Shown one piece after another: positions 37,727-49,254 of a stretch of DNA of 64,000 nucleotides. The DNA is taken from NCBI GenBank assembly GCA_000146045.2, contig BK006949.2:224001-288000 (forward strand). The letters run 5' to 3'. Source of the DNA: TPA_inf: Saccharomyces. Taxonomy: Eukaryota. Below the pieces are notes generated by a model that was not told the origin of the DNA, ran no database searches, and worked only from the letters and a program-made list of their open reading frames with translations. The stretch's first letter is position 1; the number at the start of each line of letters is the position of its first letter. The position numbers were made by a program, and so were the translations under genes.

Positions 37727-40192
37727 TTACGAAAATTGCAAATTCTCGGGGCCTTTTGAGGTTTGGTCCAATTTTGCCCTTTTAACCTTCTTACTAGGAT
37801 CAATTTGTGATTGCGATAAACTTACCGAATGTATTCTCTTCAAAATGTTCCCCGTATTCGCATTAATCGGTGACTCTACCAAGTCGTTTAGTACCGAATT
37901 ATTGCCGTTATTATTTGTATCGCTAACTGGCGGCTTCTTAGCCGACATTGATGAAGAAGAAGCCGAGGGTTGATTTGCACGTTGAGCTGCCATCATCTGG
38001 GTTAACTTTTTCACCAAATCTTTTTCTTCGGCTGTTTGCTTAAGTACTACTCTTTGTTCTTGTAACATACCTAATCCCTCGTTAAACAGACCTGTAGTAT
38101 CGTTAATTTCCACTTTAAAGCCAATGACAAATTTATTGTTTTTATCCCAAATGATCTTGATTTCATCTCCGTCTTGTAAAAGGAATTTCGTACCCTGTAT
38201 CATGCGGTTATTATTTAAATAGCTCACGTTAGTTCCGGTGTGGCAATACCAAATATCATCTAAACCTTGTGCCGGAGATTCATACATGCTTTTGCCTACA
38301 GCATGCCTCTTTTTGAAAATGAAGCAATGAACTCGAGACAACCTATTGTCTTCAATTTTACAATTGCAATCCTCGGATCTACCAATGAAAAATGGATTCA
38401 CACCTTGCTGAATCTCCAGGCTTTCTTGAATAATGCTGTCAGGCAATGGTTTTAAAGTTAAAAACCTACCATTACCCTTTTTCTTTGAGCTCTTGACATT
38501 CTCAGTATTATTGGAATGTAAAAGTTTTTGTTCTCTAGTTTCTGCTTCAATGCTTTTGGGCTGTGTATATCGAATAGGGGCGTGTGCGGGTATTTTAAAT
38601 CCTTGAATTTTTCCATCTTGGTCTTCCTGATCCTGTTCTTGAAGTTGTTGCTCCATTTGTAATTTCCTTTGCGCTTTGACAAATTCGTATTGAGCATCGT
38701 CCATATTTTCTAATAATTTCTGCTGCGACAACGATTGTGATAAGGATATTTGTGAAAAATCACCATATGATTGTGAGCCCAATGGACTCATCTTGATCCA
38801 GGGATGATTCAAGGCTTTTGCAGCTGTCGACCTATTATTTGGATCCACCTGTAACAATGAATCTATGAAATCTCTTGCTTCTTCAGATATCCGGAAATCT
38901 TTGAGGGGCCCTTCATGATATGAGCCTCTTCCAATCTGTTTATATAATTGGTCCTGTGTGCTACCACTAAAAGGTAAGTGGCCCGTTAGGATAACATACA
39001 CAAGACATCCCATTGACCACATATCCACTAACGAAGAGTACTCATTCCTTTCTTCGTATTCATCAGGAGATACGGATGTATCTTTACCTCTGATGACTTC
39101 AGGTGCCACATATGCCAAAGTGCCACAGAAGGTTTTCATAAAAGACCCATTTCCTTGTACTTTTGCCAGACCAAAGTCGGTTATCTTTACCAATACAGGA
39201 TCGTCTTGTTCAATAAGAATATTATCGGGCTTTAGGTCACGATGGCTGATGCCCATAGAGTGAATGTATTTTATTGCTGTGAGTATCTGCCTGGATATCT
39301 CCCTCCCAGCATCTTCTCCAACCGCACCATGAGCAGCAACAAAATCCATTAAGTCACCACCAGAAACGAACTCCATCACCATATAATAACTCTCAGTATC
39401 TTCATAAAATCCTTTCAATCGTACTATCCTTGGATGATTGAGCTTTTGCAATACTTCTAACTCTCTTGTCACACCATCCATATTGCCTATTACTTTGCGT
39501 TTACTTATAATCTTCACCGCGAATGTTTTCCCAGTAGTTCTTTCAATGGCTTTCTTTACTGTGGCAAATGCACCCTGGCCCACCACTTCGTCAATAATCG
39601 AAAAATCCTTAAAAATACCAGTCTTGTTGGCCACCATTGATGATGCAGTAGATGATGTAAGACCAGGAGAAGCTATTTTAGAGGTATTTTTCAGGTTAGA
39701 TCTTATGCGATCAACTTTGTTCTGCTCGAGGCACTGCTTAAATTTGTCGTTTATGAAAATGACCAGAGATAAAATATCTGATTCCACGCCTACACCAACG
39801 GTTATTTCATCACCTTGAGACAGTAACTGATTGCTGTTCTTCTCGACTTTTTGCCCATTTAACCAGGTCCCATTAGTGGAAATGTCATTCAATAAAAGGT
39901 TACCGTCTTCTCCTAGTAGTATTTGGAAATGCTTATTTGACAGTCTTGAAATGTTTCCTAAATGATAGTCACAGGCTGGGTTTCTACCAAATGTCCAAAC
40001 TTTCTTTATGGATCGTTTTTCCTTAAGCACTTGTGAAATATCAGCTGACAAATCTCGGATGGGAATTTGACCCGTGGTACAAATGACCCTGCACACAATG
40101 TTTTCGCCGATCTGTTCTTGAGAAAACTTCTCAATCAAAAACCTTTGAGTAGCCTGCGTGGATTGCTGTGTGGGTTGTGTAATATTTTCCAT
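37727..40192 (-). CDS. RAD53: DNA-damage checkpoint effector kinase with FHA1, Ser/Thr kinase and FHA2 domains, 821 aa.
   Basis: Kinase motifs (…HRDLKPDNIL…, …DFGLAK…) are present, flanked by FHA-type regions. The canonical start is MENITQPTQQSTQATQRF.... The track ORF extends 12 codons upstream to an ATG at 40228. Confidence 0.9.
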   Translation of the reverse strand: MENITQPTQQSTQATQRFLIEKFSQEQIGENIVCRVICTTGQIPIRDLSADISQVLKEKRSIKKVWTFGRNPACDYHLGNISRLSNKHFQILLGEDGNLLLNDISTNGTWLNGQKVEKNSNQLLSQGDEITVGVGVESDILSLVIFINDKFKQCLEQNKVDRIRSNLKNTSKIASPGLTSSTASSMVANKTGIFKDFSIIDEVVGQGAFATVKKAIERTTGKTFAVKIISKRKVIGNMDGVTRELEVLQKLNHPRIVRLKGFYEDTESYYMVMEFVSGGDLMDFVAAHGAVGEDAGREISRQILTAIKYIHSMGISHRDLKPDNILIEQDDPVLVKITDFGLAKVQGNGSFMKTFCGTLAYVAPEVIRGKDTSVSPDEYEERNEYSSLVDMWSMGCLVYVILTGHLPFSGSTQDQLYKQIGRGSYHEGPLKDFRISEEARDFIDSLLQVDPNNRSTAAKALNHPWIKMSPLGSQSYGDFSQISLSQSLSQQKLLENMDDAQYEFVKAQRKLQMEQQLQEQDQEDQDGKIQGFKIPAHAPIRYTQPKSIEAETREQKLLHSNNTENVKSSKKKGNGRFLTLKPLPDSIIQESLEIQQGVNPFFIGRSEDCNCKIEDNRLSRVHCFIFKKRHAVGKSMYESPAQGLDDIWYCHTGTNVSYLNNNRMIQGTKFLLQDGDEIKIIWDKNNKFVIGFKVEINDTTGLFNEGLGMLQEQRVVLKQTAEEKDLVKKLTQMMAAQRANQPSASSSSMSAKKPPVSDTNNNGNNSVLNDLVESPINANTGNILKRIHSVSLSQSQIDPSKKVKRAKLDQTSKGPENLQFS

Positions 40193-40444
40193 TTTTAGTT
40201 GATGTTGTGTAACACTATCTTTTCTCACTATTCTCTCTTTTAAAGCTTAAGAAAATCGAATGCATATACAAAATTAGTTTGTCTTCCAATAATCTCTACC
40301 GTCCTTTTCTGCTTTCTTACCTTTTCTTGATCAGAGATTTCAAAATGGTAACTTTGGTACCCTTTATCTTCTCAACCTGTACCTTTATTCTATAAATGTT
40401 TTCATTTCCAAGTCTACCCACGGTGATGATTTTTCTGCCAATTT

Positions 40445-40475
40445 TACGCGTCACTCCCGTTGCCGTATCAACGCG
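40445..40475. promoter_or_regulatory. Two MluI cell-cycle boxes (ACGCGT, the MBF binding site) 19 bp apart.
   Basis: Exact ACGCGT at 40445..40450 and 40470..40475, about 250-280 bp upstream of the RAD53 ATG (40192, minus strand). About 16 ACGCGT sites are expected by chance in the window; only three occur, and two of them lie within 31 bp of each other here. Confidence 0.6.
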
Positions 40476-41027
40476 TCCACACCACCTCACCCTCGAAATG
40501 AAAATAAATATGTTAATAGATGCACGTTTCATTGACATCTGTGACAAACACTTTCCGGCTTAATTAAAAGGAAGCAGGCTATTAATGCACCAACCAAACA
40601 AATGATGGTTCACCTCACGCTGAAATCTCATCTAATAAAGGAAGAATTACTTTGGCATGCTTTATCTCCGTCCTATAGTTGCCGATACCACGGTAGATAA
40701 TACAGTATCATTCTAAAAGTACCATTTAGGTAGGTGCTGAGCGAACCAATAAGTAAGTTTTTGTTTTTTCTCAGTGTTTGCTTTGAATTTACATTGAAAT
40801 ACGTTGTTTTGGACGTACTACAATAGCCGCCATAATAGATTTTCGGGTAACTTTTACACTCTTCCCTCTCTTTCACGTGAGTAAGCACAGAATAAAATCC
40901 TAACGGATGTGATAGAACAAAAGGGATATCAATGACAAGAGAGAGGTACTTTATGTTAGTCGCCTGTGCAGAAAGAACAGTCCATAAACAACAATCCGTA
41001 AAGAACAATATAAATATTTAGAAAAAG

Positions 41028-42104
41028 ATGTTGCCAGAAAAGAGACTATTGACTCCAGACGATATGAAACTATGGGAAGAATCCCCAACAAGAGCTCATT
41101 TCACTAAATTTATTATAGATTTGGCTGAATCTGTCAAAGGACATGAGAATTCCCAGTACAAAGAACCAATATCGGAGTCAATAAACAGTATGATGAACTT
41201 GCTTTCGCAAATAAAAGATATCACTCAGAAGCACCCAGTAATAAAGGATGCAGATAGCTCGAGATTTGGTAAGGTTGAGTTTAGGGACTTTTATGACGAA
41301 GTTTCACGGAATTCCAGGAAGATCTTACGTTCCGAATTTCCCTCTCTCACAGATGAGCAGTTGGAACAATTATCGATTTATCTAGATGAATCATGGGGAA
41401 ATAAAAGAAGAATTGATTATGGTTCAGGTCATGAATTAAATTTCATGTGTTTACTTTATGGACTCTATAGTTATGGAATATTCAATCTTTCAAACGATTC
41501 AACTAACCTCGTGCTGAAAGTTTTTATAGAATACCTTAAAATAATGAGGATACTAGAAACTAAATATTGGCTTGAGCCTGCGGGCTCTCATGGTGTTTGG
41601 GGATTAGATGATTATCATTTCCTTCCATTTCTATTTGGTGCCTTCCAATTAACCACCCACAAGCACTTAAAGCCGATATCAATTCACAATAATGAGCTCG
41701 TAGAAATGTTCGCTCATCGGTACTTATATTTTGGTTGTATCGCTTTTATTAATAAGGTCAAGTCATCCGCCTCCTTGAGATGGCATTCTCCTATGCTAGA
41801 TGACATCAGCGGTGTAAAGACTTGGTCAAAAGTTGCTGAAGGGATGATAAAAATGTATAAAGCCGAAGTCCTTAGTAAATTGCCCATCATGCAACATTTT
41901 TACTTTAGCGAGTTTTTGCCTTGTCCGGATGGTGTATCTCCACCAAGAGGCCACATACATGATGGGACTGATAAGGATGATGAGTGCAATTTTGAAGGAC
42001 ATGTTCATACTACTTGGGGAGACTGCTGTGGTATAAAGTTACCGAGCGCTATTGCGGCTACTGAGATGAATAAAAAACATCATAAACCAATACCTTTTGA
42101 TTAG
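41028..42104 (+). CDS. RRD2: PP2A phosphatase activator (PTPA, a peptidyl-prolyl isomerase), 358 aa.
   Basis: PTPA family sequence (MLPEKRLLTPDDMKLWEESPTRAHFTKFIIDLAESVKGHENS…). Length and position fit YPL152W. Confidence 0.85.
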   Translation: MLPEKRLLTPDDMKLWEESPTRAHFTKFIIDLAESVKGHENSQYKEPISESINSMMNLLSQIKDITQKHPVIKDADSSRFGKVEFRDFYDEVSRNSRKILRSEFPSLTDEQLEQLSIYLDESWGNKRRIDYGSGHELNFMCLLYGLYSYGIFNLSNDSTNLVLKVFIEYLKIMRILETKYWLEPAGSHGVWGLDDYHFLPFLFGAFQLTTHKHLKPISIHNNELVEMFAHRYLYFGCIAFINKVKSSASLRWHSPMLDDISGVKTWSKVAEGMIKMYKAEVLSKLPIMQHFYFSEFLPCPDGVSPPRGHIHDGTDKDDECNFEGHVHTTWGDCCGIKLPSAIAATEMNKKHHKPIPFD

Positions 42105-42179
42105 GAAAAGTCCATTTATAGATGCTATCTCATTGTATATACACGTATACAGGGTACGTACTTTTTCCATCTACTCCCA

Positions 42180-43535
42180 CTAAAATCTTTTGGCGCTTAA
42201 GTTGGGGTTCCACGCTAGCCCCGGTTCTGACTCTTTTGTAGCCGTCTCATCCTGTTTCCAAATCTTTATGCTTTTGTCTGCTTCTCCAGTGATTAATCTT
42301 AAACCTGTTTTATCGAAAGTGCTACAAAGAACACTCCGTTCACCTTCCAGAGAGCCTACCATTTCTCTCGTGGCCAACGATTGGTATTTGTGACCAGACT
42401 TATAATCATAAAAGGAAAGCACACCATTGTCACCGCCAGCGAATAATACATCATCTTGATTAATGCTTAAAGTATTGATTATGCCTGTCTTTTCAGACTC
42501 AAAATTGGTGAGTAAAGACCCCTCTGCTAATCCCCATGATCTGATGTCATCAGTACACGCAGAAGCCACCGAAAACTCCTTAGGATGCAACGCTGTAGCT
42601 CTCACAGACCTCTTATGATGTGTTAGAACTTTCATTGTTTTCCCAGCAACTACATCCCATAACCTTACCGTAGCATCAGTCGATGAACTCACCACTTGAG
42701 GGTCTACTGGAGTACACTGTACTTGATTGATTGGACCCTTATGCCCAACTAGTGTAATAACAGGTATTCTGGTTCTCATATCCCAGAGTTTGATAACGCT
42801 ATCTCGGCCTGCGGTAGCTATGAGATCCAGCGTTGGATGTATGCTCACCGTACGAACCCCCGATAAATGTCCATAGTAATCTCTAATAATTTGGTTTTTC
42901 TCTAGGTCCCAGCATTTGACCGTCTTATCTTCACTAACAGAAAATAAATAAGGATGTCGATCTGACACAGCAACGTCTCTCACTGTCATTACATGCCCTG
43001 CTAAGGTAGTTTTTAATTTTCCTGTTGCAAGATCCCAAACTTTCATTGTCGTATCATTACTTCCGGTGATGAACCATTCGTTGTCAACAGGATCGATTGC
43101 AACGCATCGTACCCATCCAAGATGGCCATTGATAACGCGTGAAAGTTTCCAGGGTGCATGCCATTCCGGCCTTTGTGACAGAAGTTTTTCGTATCGATTA
43201 ACTATAAGTTCTTCAGCAACCTCTGGTTGGAAAATTTTATTCACAAAAGCAGATGCATGCGTATCGTGATCTTTCTTGCTAATCACTGCTTGTGATGCTT
43301 CTGAAAAATCTGTAGGAACATGCTGCAGAGTAACTTTCTTGCCTTCACCACTAAAAGAAGAACTTTCCTTCCTATAAGTATCATATCGCATTAGCAATGA
43401 TTTCTGACCTTCCATTTCGCTTTGTAGGTGGGGCGGCAGAGTGGCCATATATGAAAATTGGTTATTCCAGCGTATTCTGGAATAAAATTTGTCTACATCT
43501 CCTAAATTTTCGACTTTGTGATCATTTCCGTCCAT
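42180..43535 (-). CDS. PRP46: WD40-repeat splicing factor of the NineTeen complex, 451 aa.
   Basis: WD40 repeats (…[13 protein letters not shown]…, …WDL…). The canonical N-terminus is [13 protein letters not shown].... The longest ORF adds 2 codons (MR). Confidence 0.85.
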   Translation of the reverse strand: MDGNDHKVENLGDVDKFYSRIRWNNQFSYMATLPPHLQSEMEGQKSLLMRYDTYRKESSSFSGEGKKVTLQHVPTDFSEASQAVISKKDHDTHASAFVNKIFQPEVAEELIVNRYEKLLSQRPEWHAPWKLSRVINGHLGWVRCVAIDPVDNEWFITGSNDTTMKVWDLATGKLKTTLAGHVMTVRDVAVSDRHPYLFSVSEDKTVKCWDLEKNQIIRDYYGHLSGVRTVSIHPTLDLIATAGRDSVIKLWDMRTRIPVITLVGHKGPINQVQCTPVDPQVVSSSTDATVRLWDVVAGKTMKVLTHHKRSVRATALHPKEFSVASACTDDIRSWGLAEGSLLTNFESEKTGIINTLSINQDDVLFAGGDNGVLSFYDYKSGHKYQSLATREMVGSLEGERSVLCSTFDKTGLRLITGEADKSIKIWKQDETATKESEPGLAWNPNLSAKRF

Positions 43536-44187
43536 TCTCACTAATCTCCATGTAACACAGTGTCTGCATCCTCGGAAATGGTTTTAAGATGCAATGAAGT
43601 GGGTAATAATTACTGTTAGCTTCACATCTTGAATAATCTTTTATTGCCAAAATTGTAGCTTTTCCGTATTAGATGATGAAGAATTTTGAGCACCCTTACT
43701 TAATAAAAGAGTTGTTGAACTCGAAATAGGAATACGAGATGAGGAGTAATTCTCTGAAAGTAGATAGCTCCTCTTGTCACATTGAATGCTACTTTATTGT
43801 GACTATAGGTGATTTAAGCGAACGAATGTTCTTAGGTCATCGTGGATTTGTGTGGTGATTTTCGGCTTATCTTAACAATGTTGACCGCGTGGACCCTCCC
43901 AATCTTGACAACAGAACACTTATCAATAACGGTATACAATAAATATCTTGTATGAATTAAATAAAGTAACGTTTTTTCCCTCATATCATTCCGAATCATT
44001 ACGAAAATTCCAATACCTGTATTTTGAAGTCAACAAGAGTTTCGTTATCCGAATACTATTTTTTGTATCAATAAATTTTGTTTCGTTTTTCATTAATAAC
44101 TAGTCACTGTGTAGTGGAAGCAAGTTCTCCTTATCCGTTGCCAAGAGACAATAAAAGACCCACATATAGGTGAATATACTGCTCACC

Positions 44188-46893
44188 ATGGTTAATCCTG
44201 TTGGATCCTCGAAATTGGAACAAAACAATATAAAAAGCATTATAGGATCATCGTACAATCGACTATACAGCCAATTTACTTCTGATGAGTTGACAGAAGT
44301 GGGAAACTACAAGATTTTAAAACAAATAGGTGAAGGAAGTTTTGGAAAAGTATATTTAGCGCTCCATAGACCAACACATCGTAAAGTCTGCCTAAAGACG
44401 AGTGATAAGAATGATCCCAATATCGTTAGAGAGGTATTTTACCATAGACAGTTCGATTTTCCTTATATTACAAAGCTTTATGAAGTGATAGTGACAGAAT
44501 CAAAAGTGTGGATGGCATTAGAATATTGCCCAGGGAAGGAATTATATGACCACTTACTTTCTCTGCGTAGAATATCGTTATTGGAATGCGGAGAGTTGTT
44601 TGCACAAATTTCAGGTGCTGTTTACTATGCACACTCAATGCATTGTGTTCATAGAGATTTGAAGTTAGAGAATATTTTATTAGACAAAAATGGAAATGCA
44701 AAATTGACGGATTTTGGTTTTACGAGAGAATGTATGACAAAGACGACATTAGAAACGGTTTGCGGTACCACAGTTTATATGGCACCTGAATTGATAGAAA
44801 GAAGGACTTATGATGGATTCAAGATTGATATATGGTCATTGGGAGTGATACTATACACATTAATTACGGGATATTTGCCATTTGATGATGACGATGAGGC
44901 TAAAACGAAATGGAAAATCGTCAATGAAGAACCGAAATACGATGCTAAAGTTATTCCGGACGATGCTAGGGATTTGATCTCACGATTATTGGCTAAAAAT
45001 CCGGGAGAGCGCCCATCGTTGTCACAAGTTTTACGCCACCCTTTTTTACAGCCTTACGGTTCAGTGGTTTTAGATCAGACTCAGAAAATTTTGTGCAGAC
45101 AGCGCAGTGGAGGGACTCAGTTTAAAAGTAAATTAGAAAGGCGATTGCTGAAGCGTCTTAAACAATCAGGGGTTGATACGCAAGCAATAAAACAATCAAT
45201 TTTGAAAAAAAAGTGCGATTCACTCTCGGGTCTATGGTTATTGTTGTTAGCCCAAGGGAAAAAGCAAGAAAATTGCAAATATCCAAAAAGAAGCAGGTCC
45301 GTTTTATCAGTCAAAAAAGTTATTGAAAGTGCTACGCATAACGACACTAATGGCATTAGCGAAGATGTTTTGAAACCCTCACTTGAACTTTCTAGAGCTG
45401 CTTCATTGAGTAAAATGCTCAATAAAGGCTCAGATTTTGTAACATCGATGACTCCGGTTAGCAGAAAGAAGTCTAAAGATTCAGCAAAAGTTCTGAATCC
45501 TACTCTCTCTAAAATATCCTCACAAAGGGCTTATAGTCACTCTATTGCAGGTTCTCCTCGCAAGTCCAATAATTTCTTACAAAAAGTTTCTAGTTTTTTC
45601 AAGTCAAAAAAAAGCTCTAACAGCAATAGCAACAATAGTATTCACACAAATGTTAGTGAAAGCTTGATTGCAAGCAATAGAGGAGCCCCATCTTCAGGGT
45701 CGTTTCTCAAAAAAAACAGTGGTTCTATTCAGAAATCAAGAACTGACACTGTTGCAAATCCTTCAAGGACGGAGTCTATAGGATCGTTAAACGAAAATGT
45801 TGCCGGTGCCATTGTGCCACGGAGTGCTAATAATACTACATTAGAAAATAAGAAAACTTCTGGGAATGAAATAGGCTTAAAAGTAGCTCCAGAACTATTA
45901 TTAAATGAACATATCCGAATAGAGGAACCTCGCCTCAAGCGCTTCAAATCGTCCATATCAAGTGAAATATCTCAAACTTCTACTGGTAATTATGATAGCG
46001 AATCTGCGGAAAATTCTAGGTCTATATCTTTTGATGGAAAAGTTTCCCCGCCACCGATACGAAATCGGCCATTGTCAGAGATATCGCAAATTTCTAATGA
46101 CACTTATATATCAGAGTACTCCACTGATGGTAATAATTCGTCATTCAAAATTTCAGACACTATCAAGCCGAGCTATATACGAAAAGGCTCTGAAACTACC
46201 TCGCAGTATTCAGCTTCATCCGAAAAAATGACAAATGGCTACGGTAGAAAATTTGTCAGGAGGGATTTAAGCATTGTATCGACTGCGTCGAGCACCTCTG
46301 AAAGAAGTTCAAGAACAGATTCCTTTTACGATATCACTACAGCTACACCAGTTGTGACCACTGATAATAGGCGCAATAAAAACAATAATCTGAAAGAGTC
46401 TGTTTTGCCCAGATTTGGGACTCAAAGGCCATGGACTGGCAAAAGGACGTATACCACGTCCCGCCATGGCAAGAATGCTAGGCGTTCGTCTAAAAGAGGT
46501 CTGTTCAAAATAACTTCTTCAAATACAGACTCTATTATTCAAGAAGTAAGCTCATCAGAAGAAGAAGATCATAATGTTATCTATAGCAAGGGAAAGGGTC
46601 TTCCAACACCAGTTTTGCAAACTAAAGGATTAATAGAAAATGGGTTGAACGAACGCGATGAAGAAGGAGATGACGAGTATGCAATTCACACTGACGGAGA
46701 ATTTTCTATCAAACCGCAGTTTTCCGATGACGTTATCGACAAACAGAATCATTTGCCCAGCGTGAAGGCTGTGGCAACTAAACGTTCGTTGAGCGAAGGA
46801 AGTAATTGGTCTAGTAGCTATTTGGATTCGGACAATAATCGGCGAAGGGTATCTTCATTGCTAGTAGAGGATGGGGGGAATCCTACAGCGTAG
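44188..46893 (+). CDS. YPL150W: Uncharacterised Ser/Thr protein kinase with a long Ser/Asn-rich C-terminal tail, 901 aa.
   Basis: Kinase subdomains (…GEGSFGKVY…, …HRDLKLENILLD…, …DFGF…). I recall the canonical start as MVNPVGSSKLEQ.... The longest ORF adds 6 codons. Confidence 0.82.
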   Translation: MVNPVGSSKLEQNNIKSIIGSSYNRLYSQFTSDELTEVGNYKILKQIGEGSFGKVYLALHRPTHRKVCLKTSDKNDPNIVREVFYHRQFDFPYITKLYEVIVTESKVWMALEYCPGKELYDHLLSLRRISLLECGELFAQISGAVYYAHSMHCVHRDLKLENILLDKNGNAKLTDFGFTRECMTKTTLETVCGTTVYMAPELIERRTYDGFKIDIWSLGVILYTLITGYLPFDDDDEAKTKWKIVNEEPKYDAKVIPDDARDLISRLLAKNPGERPSLSQVLRHPFLQPYGSVVLDQTQKILCRQRSGGTQFKSKLERRLLKRLKQSGVDTQAIKQSILKKKCDSLSGLWLLLLAQGKKQENCKYPKRSRSVLSVKKVIESATHNDTNGISEDVLKPSLELSRAASLSKMLNKGSDFVTSMTPVSRKKSKDSAKVLNPTLSKISSQRAYSHSIAGSPRKSNNFLQKVSSFFKSKKSSNSNSNNSIHTNVSESLIASNRGAPSSGSFLKKNSGSIQKSRTDTVANPSRTESIGSLNENVAGAIVPRSANNTTLENKKTSGNEIGLKVAPELLLNEHIRIEEPRLKRFKSSISSEISQTSTGNYDSESAENSRSISFDGKVSPPPIRNRPLSEISQISNDTYISEYSTDGNNSSFKISDTIKPSYIRKGSETTSQYSASSEKMTNGYGRKFVRRDLSIVSTASSTSERSSRTDSFYDITTATPVVTTDNRRNKNNNLKESVLPRFGTQRPWTGKRTYTTSRHGKNARRSSKRGLFKITSSNTDSIIQEVSSSEEEDHNVIYSKGKGLPTPVLQTKGLIENGLNERDEEGDDEYAIHTDGEFSIKPQFSDDVIDKQNHLPSVKAVATKRSLSEGSNWSSSYLDSDNNRRRVSSLLVEDGGNPTA

Positions 46894-47309
46894 GTACCGG
46901 ATAACAGAGTAACTGGTAAAAACGGCAAAAAATACTGTAAGGAAGTTGTCTATATATGTACATATGGATATTGCGGTATAATAAAAAAGCTTTAAAATTA
47001 TAAAGAAACCCGACTTTTATCACATATAATTATATTATAAAAAAATAATGGCATCTGTATGAACTCGCGATTAAGCTCACTTTTTTCTAATGATCGAAGT
47101 TTTGTCCGGTTATCCAACTGTGGCAAGAACATCGCGAGGCGGAGCTAAACACAGAATTTTTGTAGCGCGATGAGAAACATAACGCCTCTTTAGATAAATT
47201 ATCATCACCTTTTTTACACTAAATAATGAAGTAGCATGCTCAGAAGTGCGAATGAATTTTTGTTCTTTTGGTTCTAGAAGAACGGAGATAGGAAACCTAT
47301 GATGTAAGT

Positions 47310-48194
47310 ATGAATGACATTAAACAATTACTTTGGAATGGTGAGCTTAATGTGCTGGTATCGATCGATCCTTCATTTTTGATGAAAGGAAGTCCAAGAG
47401 AAATTGCGGTGCTACGAATAAGGGTACCAAGGGAAACATATTTAGTCAATTATATGCCCCTCATTTGGAACAAGATTAAAAGCTTTCTTTCTTTTGACCC
47501 ATTGACCGACAGTGAGAAGTATTTCTGGTTTGAGCATAATAAGACGCCTATTCCGTGGAATTACCCAGTAGGTGTTTTGTTTGACTGCCTAGCCGGAAAA
47601 AGCGCTACTTTTACCACCTCTTTTGAGAACCAGGTAAAGGATGTTCTCACTTTTTTGAGAATTCACTTGGTTATGGGCGATTCGTTGCCACCAACTATCA
47701 TTCCCATCGCATCTAGCAAAACGCAAGCGGAAAAGTTTTGGTTTCACCAATGGAAACAAGTTTGCTTCATACTGAATGGTTCCTCAAAAGCTATTATGTC
47801 TTTATCGGTCAACGAAGCTCGAAAATTTTGGGGCAGTGTTATTACGAGAAATTTCCAAGATTTCATTGAAATATCTAACAAGATAAGTTCATCAAGACCG
47901 CGACATATACCGCTCATCATTCAAACCTCAAGGACATCAGGAACTTTTCGAATATCACAACCAACTATCAGTATGACTGGAGTCAATCCTACGTTGAAGG
48001 ATATTGAAGGCGATATTCTGGACGTAAAGGAAGGAATCAATGGTAATGATGTCATGGTTATTTGTCAAGGAATTGAAATTCCTTGGCATATGCTCCTGTA
48101 TGATTTGTATTCTAAATTGCGAAGTTTTGATGGCTTTTTGTACATAACTCTTGTTCCTATAAAAGGCGGCGATAAAGCTTCCTCTGAGCTCTAA
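47310..48194 (+). CDS. ATG5: Autophagy protein 5, conjugated to Atg12, 294 aa.
   Basis: ORF begins MNDIKQLLWNGELNVLVSIDPSFLM…. Length and synteny match. Confidence 0.88.
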   Translation: MNDIKQLLWNGELNVLVSIDPSFLMKGSPREIAVLRIRVPRETYLVNYMPLIWNKIKSFLSFDPLTDSEKYFWFEHNKTPIPWNYPVGVLFDCLAGKSATFTTSFENQVKDVLTFLRIHLVMGDSLPPTIIPIASSKTQAEKFWFHQWKQVCFILNGSSKAIMSLSVNEARKFWGSVITRNFQDFIEISNKISSSRPRHIPLIIQTSRTSGTFRISQPTISMTGVNPTLKDIEGDILDVKEGINGNDVMVICQGIEIPWHMLLYDLYSKLRSFDGFLYITLVPIKGGDKASSEL

Positions 48195-48293
48195 GAGCTG
48201 TTATATACGCATTTAAAAGTGTCATTCAAATATCGCAGAAAATAACTTGGACGTTGAAAATAGGGCCACATTTATACGGCTGCAAGAAAACTT

Positions 48294-48815
48294 TTACTCT
48301 CTTTCTACCAAGTTTGTTACTGCAATTAAATAATCTTTATCATGGGATAGCGAAACTAAAAACTCATGAGTGGAAAAGAGAGAATCGTAGTTTTTCGAGA
48401 GCTGTTGATACTTTGGATACTTTTTTCCAAACATCTTATCAAACTCTAACTGAGGTACACCTGTATCGGTTTGTGTTTTATATAGCATTCCAGCGTACAG
48501 TACTTGGGCAGGAGGTAGATCATGCTTTGAAACACAGCAACACAACGCTTTCAATGAGCATTCCTTCAAAGCCCAAACTCCCGCTATATATTCATGCAAT
48601 CGTGGAGTTAAGCAGTTTTCTTCGATGAGAAGATTACTGAAATGAAATCTTTCCTTTTCATGCATGAACTTCCGTGTTATTTTATTCAAGGTAGAACGGC
48701 CACATGGGTCGAATGGGGAATATTTCTCTAGTATATGTGCAAATCTTGGCAAGTATACAATGTCAACTCCCACTCCTGCTATCTTACGTCCAATATTCCT
48801 CGATGCAAAACTCAT
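48294..48815 (-). CDS. PPT2: 4'-phosphopantetheinyl transferase for mitochondrial ACP, 173 aa.
   Basis: I recall the canonical start as MSFASRNIGRKIAGVGVDIVYLPRF.... The longest ORF adds 4 codons. Confidence 0.78.
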   Translation of the reverse strand: MSFASRNIGRKIAGVGVDIVYLPRFAHILEKYSPFDPCGRSTLNKITRKFMHEKERFHFSNLLIEENCLTPRLHEYIAGVWALKECSLKALCCCVSKHDLPPAQVLYAGMLYKTQTDTGVPQLEFDKMFGKKYPKYQQLSKNYDSLFSTHEFLVSLSHDKDYLIAVTNLVERE

Positions 48816-49254
48816 CACTGGAGGCATTCAAAGCTAGCACTTATGAAATAAACGTTCATTAGAAAGCAATACTCCTGATAAGAAAATAGTGCTTAGCTTC
48901 TATTCAGCCTTCTTAAAGAACTAGCTTTTCTATCAAAAGTCAGATCTCTTATGACCGCTTGAACCTGTGGAATGTATATAAGCAGTTTTGATGTTAAGAT
49001 TTTTTTTTCAATAGAATTTCTTCCTTCGGAAATAATCCCGATTAAGAAATTATTCTTGACGCAATATTCAGCTATATGTTGATCGGGCTTAACCGCATAA
49101 GTTTCGTTACCCTTTTTTACCCCAATTTTTAATTTCGGCGGTTATTTTCAGCCCTTTTAGAGTCAAGATATATAAGAATGCTTCTCTAAGAAGTGAGACT
49201 AACAATGAAACCCGTTTCAGACAATCTGGAAGTCTTAGAACGCATAACACAGAA

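Noticed and set aside
40317-41008. Two minus-strand ORFs (76 and 111 codons) in the RAD53/RRD2 intergenic region.
   Set aside because: They overlap the MCB promoter elements and the RRD2 promoter. They have no domain signal. They would run antisense into the promoter and are probably chance ORFs.
43660-43770. Possible C/D-box snoRNA (TGATGA … CTGA) in the PRP46/YPL150W intergenic region.
   Set aside because: Box-like hexamers are present but no terminal stem pairs the flanks. I recall no snoRNA mapping here, and such short motifs arise by chance. This would need a snoscan-type search.
48828-49254. Oleate response element (CGGN3TNAN9-12CCG) upstream of PXA1.
   Set aside because: Several CGG half-sites are present (CGGAAATAATCCCG, CGGGCTTAACCG), but none has the canonical spacing to a CCG partner, so I cannot call one.
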